Below are positions 6,646 through 15,659 of a DNA stretch of 58,258 bases, piece by piece (the stretch's first letter is position 1; each line of letters begins with the position of its first letter). Made by a program: the position numbers and the translations under genes. The notes below the pieces were generated by a model that saw only the letters and a list, made by a program, of their open reading frames with translations, was not told where the DNA came from and did not search any database. The stretch comes from a virus (Duplodnaviria; Caudoviricetes): positions 1 to 58,258 of IMG/VR virus record IMGVR_UViG_3300046413_000884, one strand, 5' to 3'.

Positions 6646-8785
6646 CAATGAGTTCGATAAACTCACCTAAAACTTTTTTATTCATCTTCTTGGTTCTCAG
6701 ACTCTTAACAAAAGCAGTCTTGATCTGTGTCTTTGTAGCATCTTCTTTGACTTCAAAATCTGTGTCCTGATTCATCGCACTAGCAGATAATCCGAAATAC
6801 TTATGATACCCAGACTCGGTAAGAGTAAAGGACTTGTCTTTTTTCCATTGACGTTGAATTTTAGCATAATCATTAAAGTTTGGTGCATGTTGGCGGATGA
6901 AGTAGTTTGCATCACGAGGAGCAAGAACACGAATACCAATAAAGTTGACTGAAGGCATACGATTACGGAGAAGTTTAAGCATCGCACCAGTATGACTGAA
7001 TCTTGACTGGTCATTCCAGTCTTGCATCATAGAGTATGTGTGTCCGGTTTTGCGATCACGGATAAATGAATCTCCATTAAGACTATTGACTCCGAGATAT
7101 GGTTCTGTGTCGTATACTTTTCGACCAAGAAACTCTTTATGATACTTGAGAGGAGGTGCTTCACCATCAGTCAGGATTACACATTGAACTTTCTCTAAAT
7201 TATTCTGTGACTTAAATTGAGGGATGATTTGCTTCAGAGTAATCAGTGCCTCATTGAGAGGAGTTCCAGAGAGATATAGTCCCACAGGAATAGTGTATGG
7301 TACTCCCCAATTAGCACTGAAGTGATATCCCATACGGAACATGTGTAGAATCTGCTGTTCTAATTCTTTCGCTTTAACTTTACTTGTGAGAAAGTGCAGC
7401 ATTGAGAAAGACTCACCAACTCGAACTAGTCCATCTTTCTTTTCGTAGGATAATTCAGCAATACCCATCCCGTCGTCACGAGGATAGTCGTTAGTAAATG
7501 CATAGACATCGAAAGGAATACCAACTTTTTTACAGAACCATACAAGGTTGAAGAGTTGCTTCATAGTATCAAGCATAACATTGCCCATTGAACCAGACCA
7601 ATCAAGTACAAATACCAGACCGTGATTCTTACCATCAGCAAATGTAGTGACCTTTTTGAAAAGGTCTTCATTGTATTTGTATGTATGAAGTTTGGTGCAG
7701 TCAAGAACTCCTGTCTTAGAAGTTGACGCACGAGCATATGCAGCAGCAGACTTACGGCATTCAAACTCTTTGACCAGATAGTTCACTTCTTTCTGGGCAC
7801 TACGCTTAAACTTGTTAAATGCCTCATCAACATATTGAAAGAATATCAGTGGTGTAGATTCTTCTGACCACTGTTCTTCACACAATTGATGTATCTTGGA
7901 ATTAGGAATAATAATTCGATCAAGATTTAACTCGGGGAGTTCTGCATATACATTATCACAAGCATTTTGATCCAGTAGATTTTCACGAATAGCATCCTCA
8001 AATGCACTCATGGTCTTTACATCAGGACCAGAAGTTACGCCGCCAGACATACCCTGCTGCTGATCATTAATATCAGACATCTCATCACTAGTCTCTTCGG
8101 ATTCAGAAGATTCAGTATCACCCCCACCTGAAGTATATTCCTGCTCTACCTTTTCACCACCACCATCATCATCACCACCAGAAGATCCCTGAGGTGTTTC
8201 ATGATTGTCGAAATTGATTTTACTTTCTTGCTCTTTCTTATTCAGACAATATTTGTAAATTTCTTCTGCAATATCCAATACTTCATCAAAGGTCTCAGTC
8301 TCACCAGATCGCTTTAGAAGATCTCTCTCTTGATCGTTTTCAAAGGGAACTTCTATGAAATTACCGATCTTATAAAACAGATTAATCTTGTCTGCTAGGT
8401 TCAGGAGAGACAGGTCTTCATCATTAGTTTGAAAGAAATCTTCATCACTCAATTGTTTATATCCATTCCAGAATGATTTGGAAAGACCCGGATATCGACG
8501 CTTCATTAATTTTTCAATGCGAACGTCTTCTACAACGTTCACGAACTGTGGGGGAATATTACGATCTACGATCCAATCAATATCAGGAGTGTAAAGAGCA
8601 TGCCCAACCTCATGTCCAACCAAGAGATCATAGACAACAGGAGTTGCATTCTTCCAATTGGGAAGGGTCAGGACACGAGTATGAACATTGAAACATGCAG
8701 TCTCTACATTCTTGTTCTCCACAACCAGGTCTTCGGTTGCCAGAAGTTTAGCAAGTTGCGACTTGATCTCGTGGGAAACAGTCAT
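6641..8785 (-). CDS. CobT-like protein: N-terminal HEXXH metallopeptidase-like domain, acidic linker, C-terminal VWA domain
   Basis: HEVGH, NVVEDVRIE, LDWSGSM (MIDAS), LSGTPL, ILTDGE. Start MTVSHEIK (8785) lies downstream of the -10 box. Confidence 0.85.
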   Translation of the reverse strand: MTVSHEIKSQLAKLLATEDLVVENKNVETACFNVHTRVLTLPNWKNATPVVYDLLVGHEVGHALYTPDIDWIVDRNIPPQFVNVVEDVRIEKLMKRRYPGLSKSFWNGYKQLSDEDFFQTNDEDLSLLNLADKINLFYKIGNFIEVPFENDQERDLLKRSGETETFDEVLDIAEEIYKYCLNKKEQESKINFDNHETPQGSSGGDDDGGGEKVEQEYTSGGGDTESSESEETSDEMSDINDQQQGMSGGVTSGPDVKTMSAFEDAIRENLLDQNACDNVYAELPELNLDRIIIPNSKIHQLCEEQWSEESTPLIFFQYVDEAFNKFKRSAQKEVNYLVKEFECRKSAAAYARASTSKTGVLDCTKLHTYKYNEDLFKKVTTFADGKNHGLVFVLDWSGSMGNVMLDTMKQLFNLVWFCKKVGIPFDVYAFTNDYPRDDGMGIAELSYEKKDGLVRVGESFSMLHFLTSKVKAKELEQQILHMFRMGYHFSANWGVPYTIPVGLYLSGTPLNEALITLKQIIPQFKSQNNLEKVQCVILTDGEAPPLKYHKEFLGRKVYDTEPYLGVNSLNGDSFIRDRKTGHTYSMMQDWNDQSRFSHTGAMLKLLRNRMPSVNFIGIRVLAPRDANYFIRQHAPNFNDYAKIQRQWKKDKSFTLTESGYHKYFGLSASAMNQDTDFEVKEDATKTQIKTAFVKSLRTKKMNKKVLGEFIELIA

Positions 8786-8954
8786 TGGTGTTCGTTCGTA
8801 TGGACTCATAATACGACGAAACCCGCATCTTGTGCGGGTTCATGTGCCTCTTCTTAAACTGTCTGAGTGCTTCCTTCCGTGCTCTCATCGCTTGTGGTTT
8901 GAGAGTCCGTTTCTTATCCTTCTTGGAGTGGTGCTGCCAATTCGGGGTTGTCAT
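8748..8954 (-). CDS. Small basic hypothetical protein
   Basis: MTTPNWQHHSKKDKKRTLKPQAMRARKEALRQFKK; starts 10 nt after the gp46 stop and runs through the next promoter. Confidence 0.6.
   Translation of the reverse strand: MTTPNWQHHSKKDKKRTLKPQAMRARKEALRQFKKRHMNPHKMRVSSYYESIRTNTNDCFPRDQVATC
8808..8863 (-). promoter_or_regulatory. Promoter of the cobT-like gene with embedded hairpin
   Basis: GACAGTT-N4-AAGAGGCAC, hairpin AACCCGCA-CAAGA-TGCGGGTT, then TATTAT at 8808-8813. Confidence 0.6.
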
Positions 8955-8963
8955 CGGTAATAC

Positions 8964-10679
8964 CTATGAGACTTTTTTACTGAACCCTTTTACTTTATCA
9001 AATTTTATGATATTGTCAAACTTATCCATCAGTTCATCAGTCTTGTGTGAGATGACGAAGACGTTTGCATCGTTCACCACATACTTAATGATCTTTGTGA
9101 AATACTCTGTTCCAAATCCATCGAGTGAACTATCAAAGATTTCATCCAGAATCAAAAGATTAGTGCTAGCAGAGTTCTTTCTTTTAGCAATCTCTCGCCA
9201 GGTAAAGAGGAGAGACAAGTCAATTCTCATCTTCTCCCCTTCGCTGAATGATTCATAACTAAAATCTTCATGTATCGGGGACTTTACAGTCTCTTTGAAA
9301 TCTTCGTCCAGAGAGAAGTTAATATAGAAGTCCATCAACTGAAGATACTTGTTAATCTGCTGATTCATAAGAGGCAGATATCTCTTAATAATTTTGGATT
9401 TTACTCCTCCATCCTTCATTAAGGAATGTGCAAATTCGTTGTAGACATTATTCTCTTTTTGTTGGGAGTGTTTAGATTGGAGTTCCTCCAGTTCTGTAAC
9501 TAGTTTTTCTAATGCATGGTGCTCAGTATTTCGGTTCTCAAGTTGTTCGGTAATAGTTTGAATTTCCGTTTCAAGATCTCGTGATCTGTTATGTAATCCT
9601 GAAATCCTAGTATTTGCTTTAGAAATTTCATGCGTTAGGTTAGTTGCCTCTTTAGAAAGAACCTTGAATTGGTTTTCTTTTTCCTCTTCAAGTCTGATCG
9701 CCTCCTCCAACTCCGTGAACCCCTGTTGGAGTTCCTTTGCTTTTGATGCTGCATCATTAATTCTATTTAATCTAAATGACTCTTCAATGTTCTGGTCACA
9801 TGTAGGGCATACCGTATTCTCTGCGAAAAATTTATGTTCCTTAGTAATTGTTGATACTTTCTGTTGTAGTTTACCACGAAGTGTTCCAAGTTTCTTTAGT
9901 TTCTTATTAGAACCTGAAGACACTTCCATTTGATCTTCTACCTTTTTTAACTTATCTCCATGAGTTTCAATTTCCTTTACCAAGTCATCCACATTACCAG
10001 AAAACTCTTTAATTTTATCTTTCTTATATTGAATATTCTTCTTTCCAGTTTCCTCCAAGTCAGAGATGAATGACTTCTGCATATCAATCTTCTCTTCTAC
10101 CAAATCCTTACGGATAGTGAGTTCACGAATATCCTCGTTTGAACTACGAATCTTTTCACGAAGAATATTACTCATGAATGAGAAGATCTTAATGTCCAGC
10201 AAATCCTCAATAATCTCACGACGATTTGCAGTAGAGAGTTGCATGAATGGAACAAAAGATGCACTACCCAGAATCACAATCTGAGTGAATGACTTATAGT
10301 TCATCTTCAATACATTCTCTTCTAACCACTTCTGCTGATCAGCATTTGCTGCTGCCCGATCAAGCATCTCACCATTCTTGTAGATCTCAAAGACATTTGG
10401 TTTGATACCACGAATAATTTTCCAATCAGTCACACCCGTAGAGAACTCAATCTCTACAACACATTCTTTCTCGTTCACTGTGTTGACGAGTTGAGGTTTG
10501 GTAATCTTGCGGAATGGTTTATTGAACAGCACGAAGGTAAGTGCATCAAGAATCGTGCTCTTCCCAGCACCATTAGTTCCCACGATGAGACTAGTTTGCG
10601 CCTCTGTAAAATCAATCTCAGTCCAGTTGTTACCTGTCGATAGGAGGTTCTTCCAGCGGATTGTTTTGAATAAAATCAT
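8964..10679 (-). CDS. gp46: Recombination endonuclease ATPase subunit (SbcC/Rad50-like)
   Basis: GTNGAGKST, CPTC zinc hook, FSEGEKMRID signature, LILDEIFD, VISH. Confidence 0.97.
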   Translation of the reverse strand: MILFKTIRWKNLLSTGNNWTEIDFTEAQTSLIVGTNGAGKSTILDALTFVLFNKPFRKITKPQLVNTVNEKECVVEIEFSTGVTDWKIIRGIKPNVFEIYKNGEMLDRAAANADQQKWLEENVLKMNYKSFTQIVILGSASFVPFMQLSTANRREIIEDLLDIKIFSFMSNILREKIRSSNEDIRELTIRKDLVEEKIDMQKSFISDLEETGKKNIQYKKDKIKEFSGNVDDLVKEIETHGDKLKKVEDQMEVSSGSNKKLKKLGTLRGKLQQKVSTITKEHKFFAENTVCPTCDQNIEESFRLNRINDAASKAKELQQGFTELEEAIRLEEEKENQFKVLSKEATNLTHEISKANTRISGLHNRSRDLETEIQTITEQLENRNTEHHALEKLVTELEELQSKHSQQKENNVYNEFAHSLMKDGGVKSKIIKRYLPLMNQQINKYLQLMDFYINFSLDEDFKETVKSPIHEDFSYESFSEGEKMRIDLSLLFTWREIAKRKNSASTNLLILDEIFDSSLDGFGTEYFTKIIKYVVNDANVFVISHKTDELMDKFDNIIKFDKVKGFSKKVS

Positions 10680-10935
10680 TATCTCGTGGCGGGATTACAA
10701 AGTCATCTTCGGTAATTATAACATACCTATAATTGTAAGCGTTACACATTTTTATACATACTTCTTCATCAACCTCTACCACTGTCATCTCAGGGTAGTC
10801 TTCTGCCTCTAATAGACCAGCATATCGTGTTGCATCATCTTCTTCTTCAAATAGGTATAGTGCCTTTTCACCATCCTCATCTAATACAGAATATGCACCT
10901 TCTTCTTCTTTTCCTGATATTGCAAGTAAATACAT
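10630..10935 (-). CDS. DUF3110-like protein (cyanobacterial family)
   Basis: EEGAYS...LYLFEEEDDATRYAGLLEAEDYP...C....Y..VIPP. TAATG coupling to gp47. Confidence 0.75.
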   Translation of the reverse strand: MYLLAISGKEEEGAYSVLDEDGEKALYLFEEEDDATRYAGLLEAEDYPEMTVVEVDEEVCIKMCNAYNYRYVIITEDDFVIPPRDNDFIQNNPLEEPPIDR

Positions 10936-11981
10936 TACTCCATTTCGCATGCTTCTCGATAAACATCCCGCATCAATTTTTTAACAATATCTTTGTCTAA
11001 ATTGAACTCAGAATCATCAATATATTTATTAAGGAATGTCAATGTATCTTCGCACTTACCGTCCTCAAAATCTACATCTTCATCATCGATTGAGAAGTTT
11101 TCAACTACCTTTACATCAGAACAACCAGACTTATGTAACTTATCAATGAACTTTTCAAATGCAAGTTGGTCTGATTTCTTACGGACAATGATCTTTACGA
11201 TCTTATCTTTCAAGTCTGATGCATCAAACAATTGATACGGTGTATCTTCGTAGTAGAACTTTTCAAAGATTGAGAATGGATTACCAATGAACTCTAGTTC
11301 TTGGGTTTCCGTATCGAAGATATGGAATCCTCTTACGTCATTCACATCATTCCAGAACATCTGGTAGGTGTTACCAAGATAAGTGACATTACCCTTGGTT
11401 GATTTGTGATGATAGTGACCTGAGAATACAGTATCAAACTTCTTGAACTTACTGGGTTCCAGACCATGCTCCATTCTCATACCAGGAATCACCTCAAACC
11501 CATTCAGTTCAAGGTGACCCATCATGATCTTTGCTTTTGACTTAGTAACTAAATCAAAAGTTTGTTTTTCATTGTCTTCACAGATCCACGGCAGTAGAAG
11601 GATTTTCTTACCACCAATCTTGTATTCTTTTGGTTCAGAAACTCTTACTACATTATTGTATGATTCAAGCAGAGCATCTACAGCATTGATACCAATGGTA
11701 TTCTTGTAGTAAGCATCATGGTTACCAACAATATTGTGGACCTTGATGCCTAAATCTCTGAACTTATCATATACATTTTCTTTTGCCCACTGGAGTGACC
11801 AAAAATCAACAGACTTACGGCAATCGAAAGCATCGCCCAAATGGACGCATTCTGTGATACCTCGTTCTTTTAGGGTAGGAAAGAAGATGTTATCATAGAA
11901 TTTTTTGAAGAACTCATGAAATAACTTACTATTCTTTCTCGCACCGTAGTGTGTGTCCGTCAATAATGCAACTTTAGTCAT
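10935..11981 (-). CDS. gp47: Recombination endonuclease nuclease subunit (SbcD/Mre11-like)
   Basis: DTHYG, HLGDAFD, GNHD, GHLE, SGHYH phosphoesterase motifs. Confidence 0.97.
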   Translation of the reverse strand: MTKVALLTDTHYGARKNSKLFHEFFKKFYDNIFFPTLKERGITECVHLGDAFDCRKSVDFWSLQWAKENVYDKFRDLGIKVHNIVGNHDAYYKNTIGINAVDALLESYNNVVRVSEPKEYKIGGKKILLLPWICEDNEKQTFDLVTKSKAKIMMGHLELNGFEVIPGMRMEHGLEPSKFKKFDTVFSGHYHHKSTKGNVTYLGNTYQMFWNDVNDVRGFHIFDTETQELEFIGNPFSIFEKFYYEDTPYQLFDASDLKDKIVKIIVRKKSDQLAFEKFIDKLHKSGCSDVKVVENFSIDDEDVDFEDGKCEDTLTFLNKYIDDSEFNLDKDIVKKLMRDVYREACEME

Positions 11982-12258
11982 TAGTTGTTGTTTCTTTTTC
12001 TTCTTTCAAATGATGTGGTACATGTTCTCTATCCATCGGTTCTGATTTAGTTAAATCTCTACGATCTTGGTTCTTGATAACAATGAATGCATCTTTATTG
12101 ATTTTACGATTACCATATTGAGATGACCACTTCTTGTTATAACCTTCTGGCTGATGAATGCCTGAGACTTGAGTTCCTGCCATTTCAACAGAAATATCAT
12201 CACCTTCTTCCCATCCTAATTTTTCAAATAGGACAGCAAGTTCTTTTGTCAGTTTCAT
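11974..12258 (-). CDS. Hypothetical protein
   Basis: Coupled to gp55 (ATGA) and overlaps the gp47 start; contains LGWEEGDDI. Confidence 0.8.
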   Translation of the reverse strand: MKLTKELAVLFEKLGWEEGDDISVEMAGTQVSGIHQPEGYNKKWSSQYGNRKINKDAFIVIKNQDRRDLTKSEPMDREHVPHHLKEEKETTTND

Positions 12259-12725
12259 GAATAAAGTTTAGATTGGATGTTTTCTTTGATAGTATTGTAA
12301 TCAGAAGTGCTGTAGATATCACCATCACTGGAGAACACTTCATCAAATCCTGAACGTTCCACAATCTTGGTGCGGATATCCATTTGACGTTTTTCTTTCT
12401 GAATCCTTCTCAAAAATGCATAGTGAATGATTTGAGTGAAGTATGCAAAAGGATTGCTGGACTTTGCTGGATCAAAATTCTTAATATACTGGACGCAATT
12501 CTCAATGCCGTCACAGATCATGTCCTCACGGAACATGTAATTTACAAAGTTTGGTTTGTAAGAGAGGTGGGTAGCAATCTTTAAGAAGCACTCACCAAGA
12601 TAGTTGGTAATACGTGGAAGTGGTTCTCCTGCATCCTTTGCTCTTTGAACTTTTTCTCGATAAACAATAAGTGCATCTAAAAATTCTTTATTGTTTACAT
12701 AATGTTCAGATTTCTTTCTTGACAT
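12255..12725 (-). CDS. gp55: Late transcription sigma factor
   Basis: HYVNNKEF, FLKIATHLSYKPNFVNY, NPFAYFTQIIHYAFLRRIQKEK. Confidence 0.97.
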   Translation of the reverse strand: MSRKKSEHYVNNKEFLDALIVYREKVQRAKDAGEPLPRITNYLGECFLKIATHLSYKPNFVNYMFREDMICDGIENCVQYIKNFDPAKSSNPFAYFTQIIHYAFLRRIQKEKRQMDIRTKIVERSGFDEVFSSDGDIYSTSDYNTIKENIQSKLYS

Positions 12726-12755
12726 TTCATGGTTCTCCTAGTGAGTTATGTTCAC

Positions 12756-12785
12756 ATTATAGCACATAATGATAGGGCTTGACAA
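12756..12785 (-). promoter_or_regulatory. Sigma70-like promoter for gp55
   Basis: TTGTCA-18 nt-TATAAT with extended -10 TG. Confidence 0.7.
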
Positions 12786-12807
12786 GATCGTAATATCTAT
12801 GTAGAAT
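12779..12807 (+). promoter_or_regulatory. Near-consensus sigma70 promoter pointing antisense to the late operon
   Basis: TTGACA (12779-12784), 17 nt, TAGAAT (12802-12807). Confidence 0.65.
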
Positions 12808-12834
12808 AACTCTGTTAGGGTTCATAGGGATGGC

Positions 12835-13224
12835 TTAACTACTTTTATAGAGTTTCTCTAAATTCACTCTTGCTTCAGGTATTGAAGAGAGGAATCCCAT
12901 ATCTTCATTCACTTTTGTTTGGTTAGTGTCGCGATCTTTATCACGTAAGTACTTATTGTAGATACAAAGGATCTGTTCGTTTTTAACTTCACTAATAGTA
13001 ATTACTTTATTCATATCAATAATCACCATAGAGTCATCACCTAGTGATATCCATGGTTCAACTTTCATAGCATTCACTCCCATATGCTTAATCATTATAG
13101 ATTCAAATATTACAGGAGTATCTAAAATAAGTAAAGTTCTGTCTTCTTCTTCACAAGGAGTTACTTGTGCGAAAACTTCTTCACCTGATATTAGTTTTAT
13201 TGTTGCATAGAATTCTTCTTTCAT
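12835..13224 (-). CDS. Conserved hypothetical protein, Sm-like fold predicted
   Basis: YATIKLISGEEVFAQV...VEPWI; ATGA-coupled to uvsW. Confidence 0.8.
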   Translation of the reverse strand: MKEEFYATIKLISGEEVFAQVTPCEEEDRTLLILDTPVIFESIMIKHMGVNAMKVEPWISLGDDSMVIIDMNKVITISEVKNEQILCIYNKYLRDKDRDTNQTKVNEDMGFLSSIPEARVNLEKLYKSS

Positions 13225-14687
13225 TTATCTTTAAGGTTAACTGGTATGATTTCATAATTAAATTTTTCTTGGTTATAGATTTTAATTCTTTCAACTAGAT
13301 GGTTGAGTGTATAGTTCTTTTTTTGTTTATAGACTATTTCATCAGCAATATCATAAAGAACTGCTTGATTCTTATTATCTCCCTTTCTCAACACCCTACC
13401 AATGGATTGAAGGTTACGAATTCTTGATTTGGATGGTGATGCAAAGATTACGTTATGGAGATTTTTAATATTGATACCTGTACTGAATGTTCCATAAGAT
13501 GCAACAATGATTGCATCATTTTCCTTTTCAGTAATTTCCCTTACATGTTCTCGTTGTTGAGCGTCTACTCCACCATGAACATAAAATACTTTACGCTTTC
13601 CTTTCACAGAATTATTTATTAATTCGTAAAGTGGTTCACCATGTGATTCAACTCTACTAAAAAGGATAAGACTATTTCCTTTCAAATCTAATACTAGATT
13701 CTTAATAAAGTTATTTCTCTTATCATGACCAATGATATATTGTATCTCATCTTCATAAGTTTCAAACTCATGTGAGTCATGTTTCATTAGTAGAACATGT
13801 ATTTGTAATTGAGAGAGATGACCTTTATCAATAAGTTCTTTTGTTTGAGTTACTTTGTATGATGGACCAAACAATCCCTCTAACACCCATTTATGCGTCT
13901 GTGTGCCGTCTAATGTTCCTGTAAAACCAAATCTATACTTACAACTGTCCATCTTCGTCATGATGCTGACGAGAGACTTAGACTTAAACAAATGTGCTTC
14001 ATCTCCAATGATAACTCCAAAGTCTTTGAAGAATGCTCTGGGTAATTTGTAGATAGATTGCCAAGTAGTAATTGTTACAGGATATTGATTTGTCTTCTCC
14101 CTACCTGAATATATCTTGTGACAGTATTCTTCAGCATTCCATCCATAGTCCTCAAAGTCTTTGAACATTTGCTCTACAAGAGATGTTGTAGGAACAACTA
14201 ACAGTATTTTATGATTTTTTTCTGCAAAGTATCTCACCACAGAATAAATCATCAATGACTTACCTGATGCAGTTGGTGATATTAAAAGTTTACGATTGAA
14301 TTTGAGTGCATCATATACGGCATCAATCTGATAATCCCTAGGTTTGAACCTAGCAATACGAGTCATATATTCTTTGACTCCTTCTTTTGAAATCATTTTA
14401 TTGACTTCAAATGGAGGACCATAGAATTTGTTATCTTCAAACTCTACCTTGTAGTCATAGTTCTTTGCCCATGCCATGATCTTATCAAGTAGTCCGACAT
14501 AGATCTCTCCAGTGTGAGAACTGAATAGACGTATCTTTCCATCCCAATACCTGCTACGGTATTGAGGCATGAACTTTGCACCCGGAACATCAAATGTAAA
14601 ATGATCCGATAGTTCCTGGATAATATGAGGTTCTGCCTTTACGGTAATAAAAACCTCATTCTTTTTGCGTATAACAAGATCAGTCAT
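13221..14687 (-). CDS. uvsW: RNA-DNA/DNA-DNA helicase UvsW
   Basis: SPTASGKS, DEAH, GFTGT, QSIGRVLR SF2 motifs. Confidence 0.97.
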   Translation of the reverse strand: MTDLVIRKKNEVFITVKAEPHIIQELSDHFTFDVPGAKFMPQYRSRYWDGKIRLFSSHTGEIYVGLLDKIMAWAKNYDYKVEFEDNKFYGPPFEVNKMISKEGVKEYMTRIARFKPRDYQIDAVYDALKFNRKLLISPTASGKSLMIYSVVRYFAEKNHKILLVVPTTSLVEQMFKDFEDYGWNAEEYCHKIYSGREKTNQYPVTITTWQSIYKLPRAFFKDFGVIIGDEAHLFKSKSLVSIMTKMDSCKYRFGFTGTLDGTQTHKWVLEGLFGPSYKVTQTKELIDKGHLSQLQIHVLLMKHDSHEFETYEDEIQYIIGHDKRNNFIKNLVLDLKGNSLILFSRVESHGEPLYELINNSVKGKRKVFYVHGGVDAQQREHVREITEKENDAIIVASYGTFSTGINIKNLHNVIFASPSKSRIRNLQSIGRVLRKGDNKNQAVLYDIADEIVYKQKKNYTLNHLVERIKIYNQEKFNYEIIPVNLKDK

Positions 14688-15108
14688 AACCTCTTATGAA
14701 TTTCTGCCACTCAATCGAGTTCTTTATTTGAAAAGTTCGATTGTTGATTGACTTGAGAATACTGTCCAAGTAATTCAGCATCACTTGAAAGTAATCTATT
14801 TTGTTTAGAACTTTGATGAGGTCTTCATCAGAATCCATATATTTGTCTACATCCTGTCTCAACACTTTATGGTCAAATGGTTTTTCAATATACACCTCGG
14901 GGTCTGCCTTACCCGTGTAATACTGCCATTTTTCTTTTTTAATTTGCTTGAACTTATTCTCTTCTAACTTTTTCATTAAAAGAATATTGTTCAAAATTCT
15001 GTAGTATTTTGCGTGAAGAGAAGGAATCTTAGTTGATTCCGTATGTAGATTATCCTCGTCTATTTTTGAATCTTCTTCCCATGACAATTGAATTTCATCA
15101 AGATTCAT
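14680..15108 (-). CDS. uvsY: Recombination mediator UvsY
   Basis: W..DSKID...L..ES..IP.LHAKY, YYTGKA, INNRTFQIKNSIEW. Confidence 0.93.
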   Translation of the reverse strand: MNLDEIQLSWEEDSKIDEDNLHTESTKIPSLHAKYYRILNNILLMKKLEENKFKQIKKEKWQYYTGKADPEVYIEKPFDHKVLRQDVDKYMDSDEDLIKVLNKIDYFQVMLNYLDSILKSINNRTFQIKNSIEWQKFIRGYD

Positions 15109-15116
15109 ACATTACA

Positions 15117-15659
15117 TCATAAAACTGTTATATTATATATGCTGTATTTGAAGGTTGCTTCTGCGGTAACGTATTGAATATCAGAGTCAGTTGCATCGAA
15201 GTTAATTGTGGATAAACTGACAGGAAATACATCTAGGAAATCAACTCTTGCAACTTCATTGAATTGACTGTTGTAGATAAACAGACTTGCATCTGAATAT
15301 TCACCTAAAGCATTTCTCGCATCATTAGATGGGTTGTATCTATCTTGCTCTTTAAGTGCTGTAAACTCATCAAGACTTTCTGGGAAACCAAGTGCCCTTA
15401 ACCAGTTATGCACTTCCATATAATTAGTCAGATTCTCATCTACAAAAAAACGAAGTGAGAAATCTGCATAAGTTAACTTATCACCTGGTACAGGAAGATT
15501 CTTCAGGTATGTTGGTTGCTCTGCAAATCCAAGGTTGATACCAGGAATTGATGCAGAATTAGAAAAGAAATCTGCTTTGGGTACTTTAGTAATTGTAAAT
15601 TTAAATCCAACAGGAGACAGATAGTTCCTATTGTCGAGTTGATTATTCCAGGGTTTCAT
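15117..15659 (-). CDS. gp3: Tail tube terminator / tail completion protein
   Basis: NYLSPVGFKF, IPGINLG, PGDKLTY, FFVDENLTNY.EVHNW, FPVSLS. Confidence 0.9.
   Translation of the reverse strand: MKPWNNQLDNRNYLSPVGFKFTITKVPKADFFSNSASIPGINLGFAEQPTYLKNLPVPGDKLTYADFSLRFFVDENLTNYMEVHNWLRALGFPESLDEFTALKEQDRYNPSNDARNALGEYSDASLFIYNSQFNEVARVDFLDVFPVSLSTINFDATDSDIQYVTAEATFKYSIYNITVL

Noticed and set aside
6315-6770. 151-aa plus-strand ORF across the cobS-cobT gap
   Set aside because: Antisense to the 72-aa gene, which has its own promoter and terminator; it also crosses the terminator hairpin.
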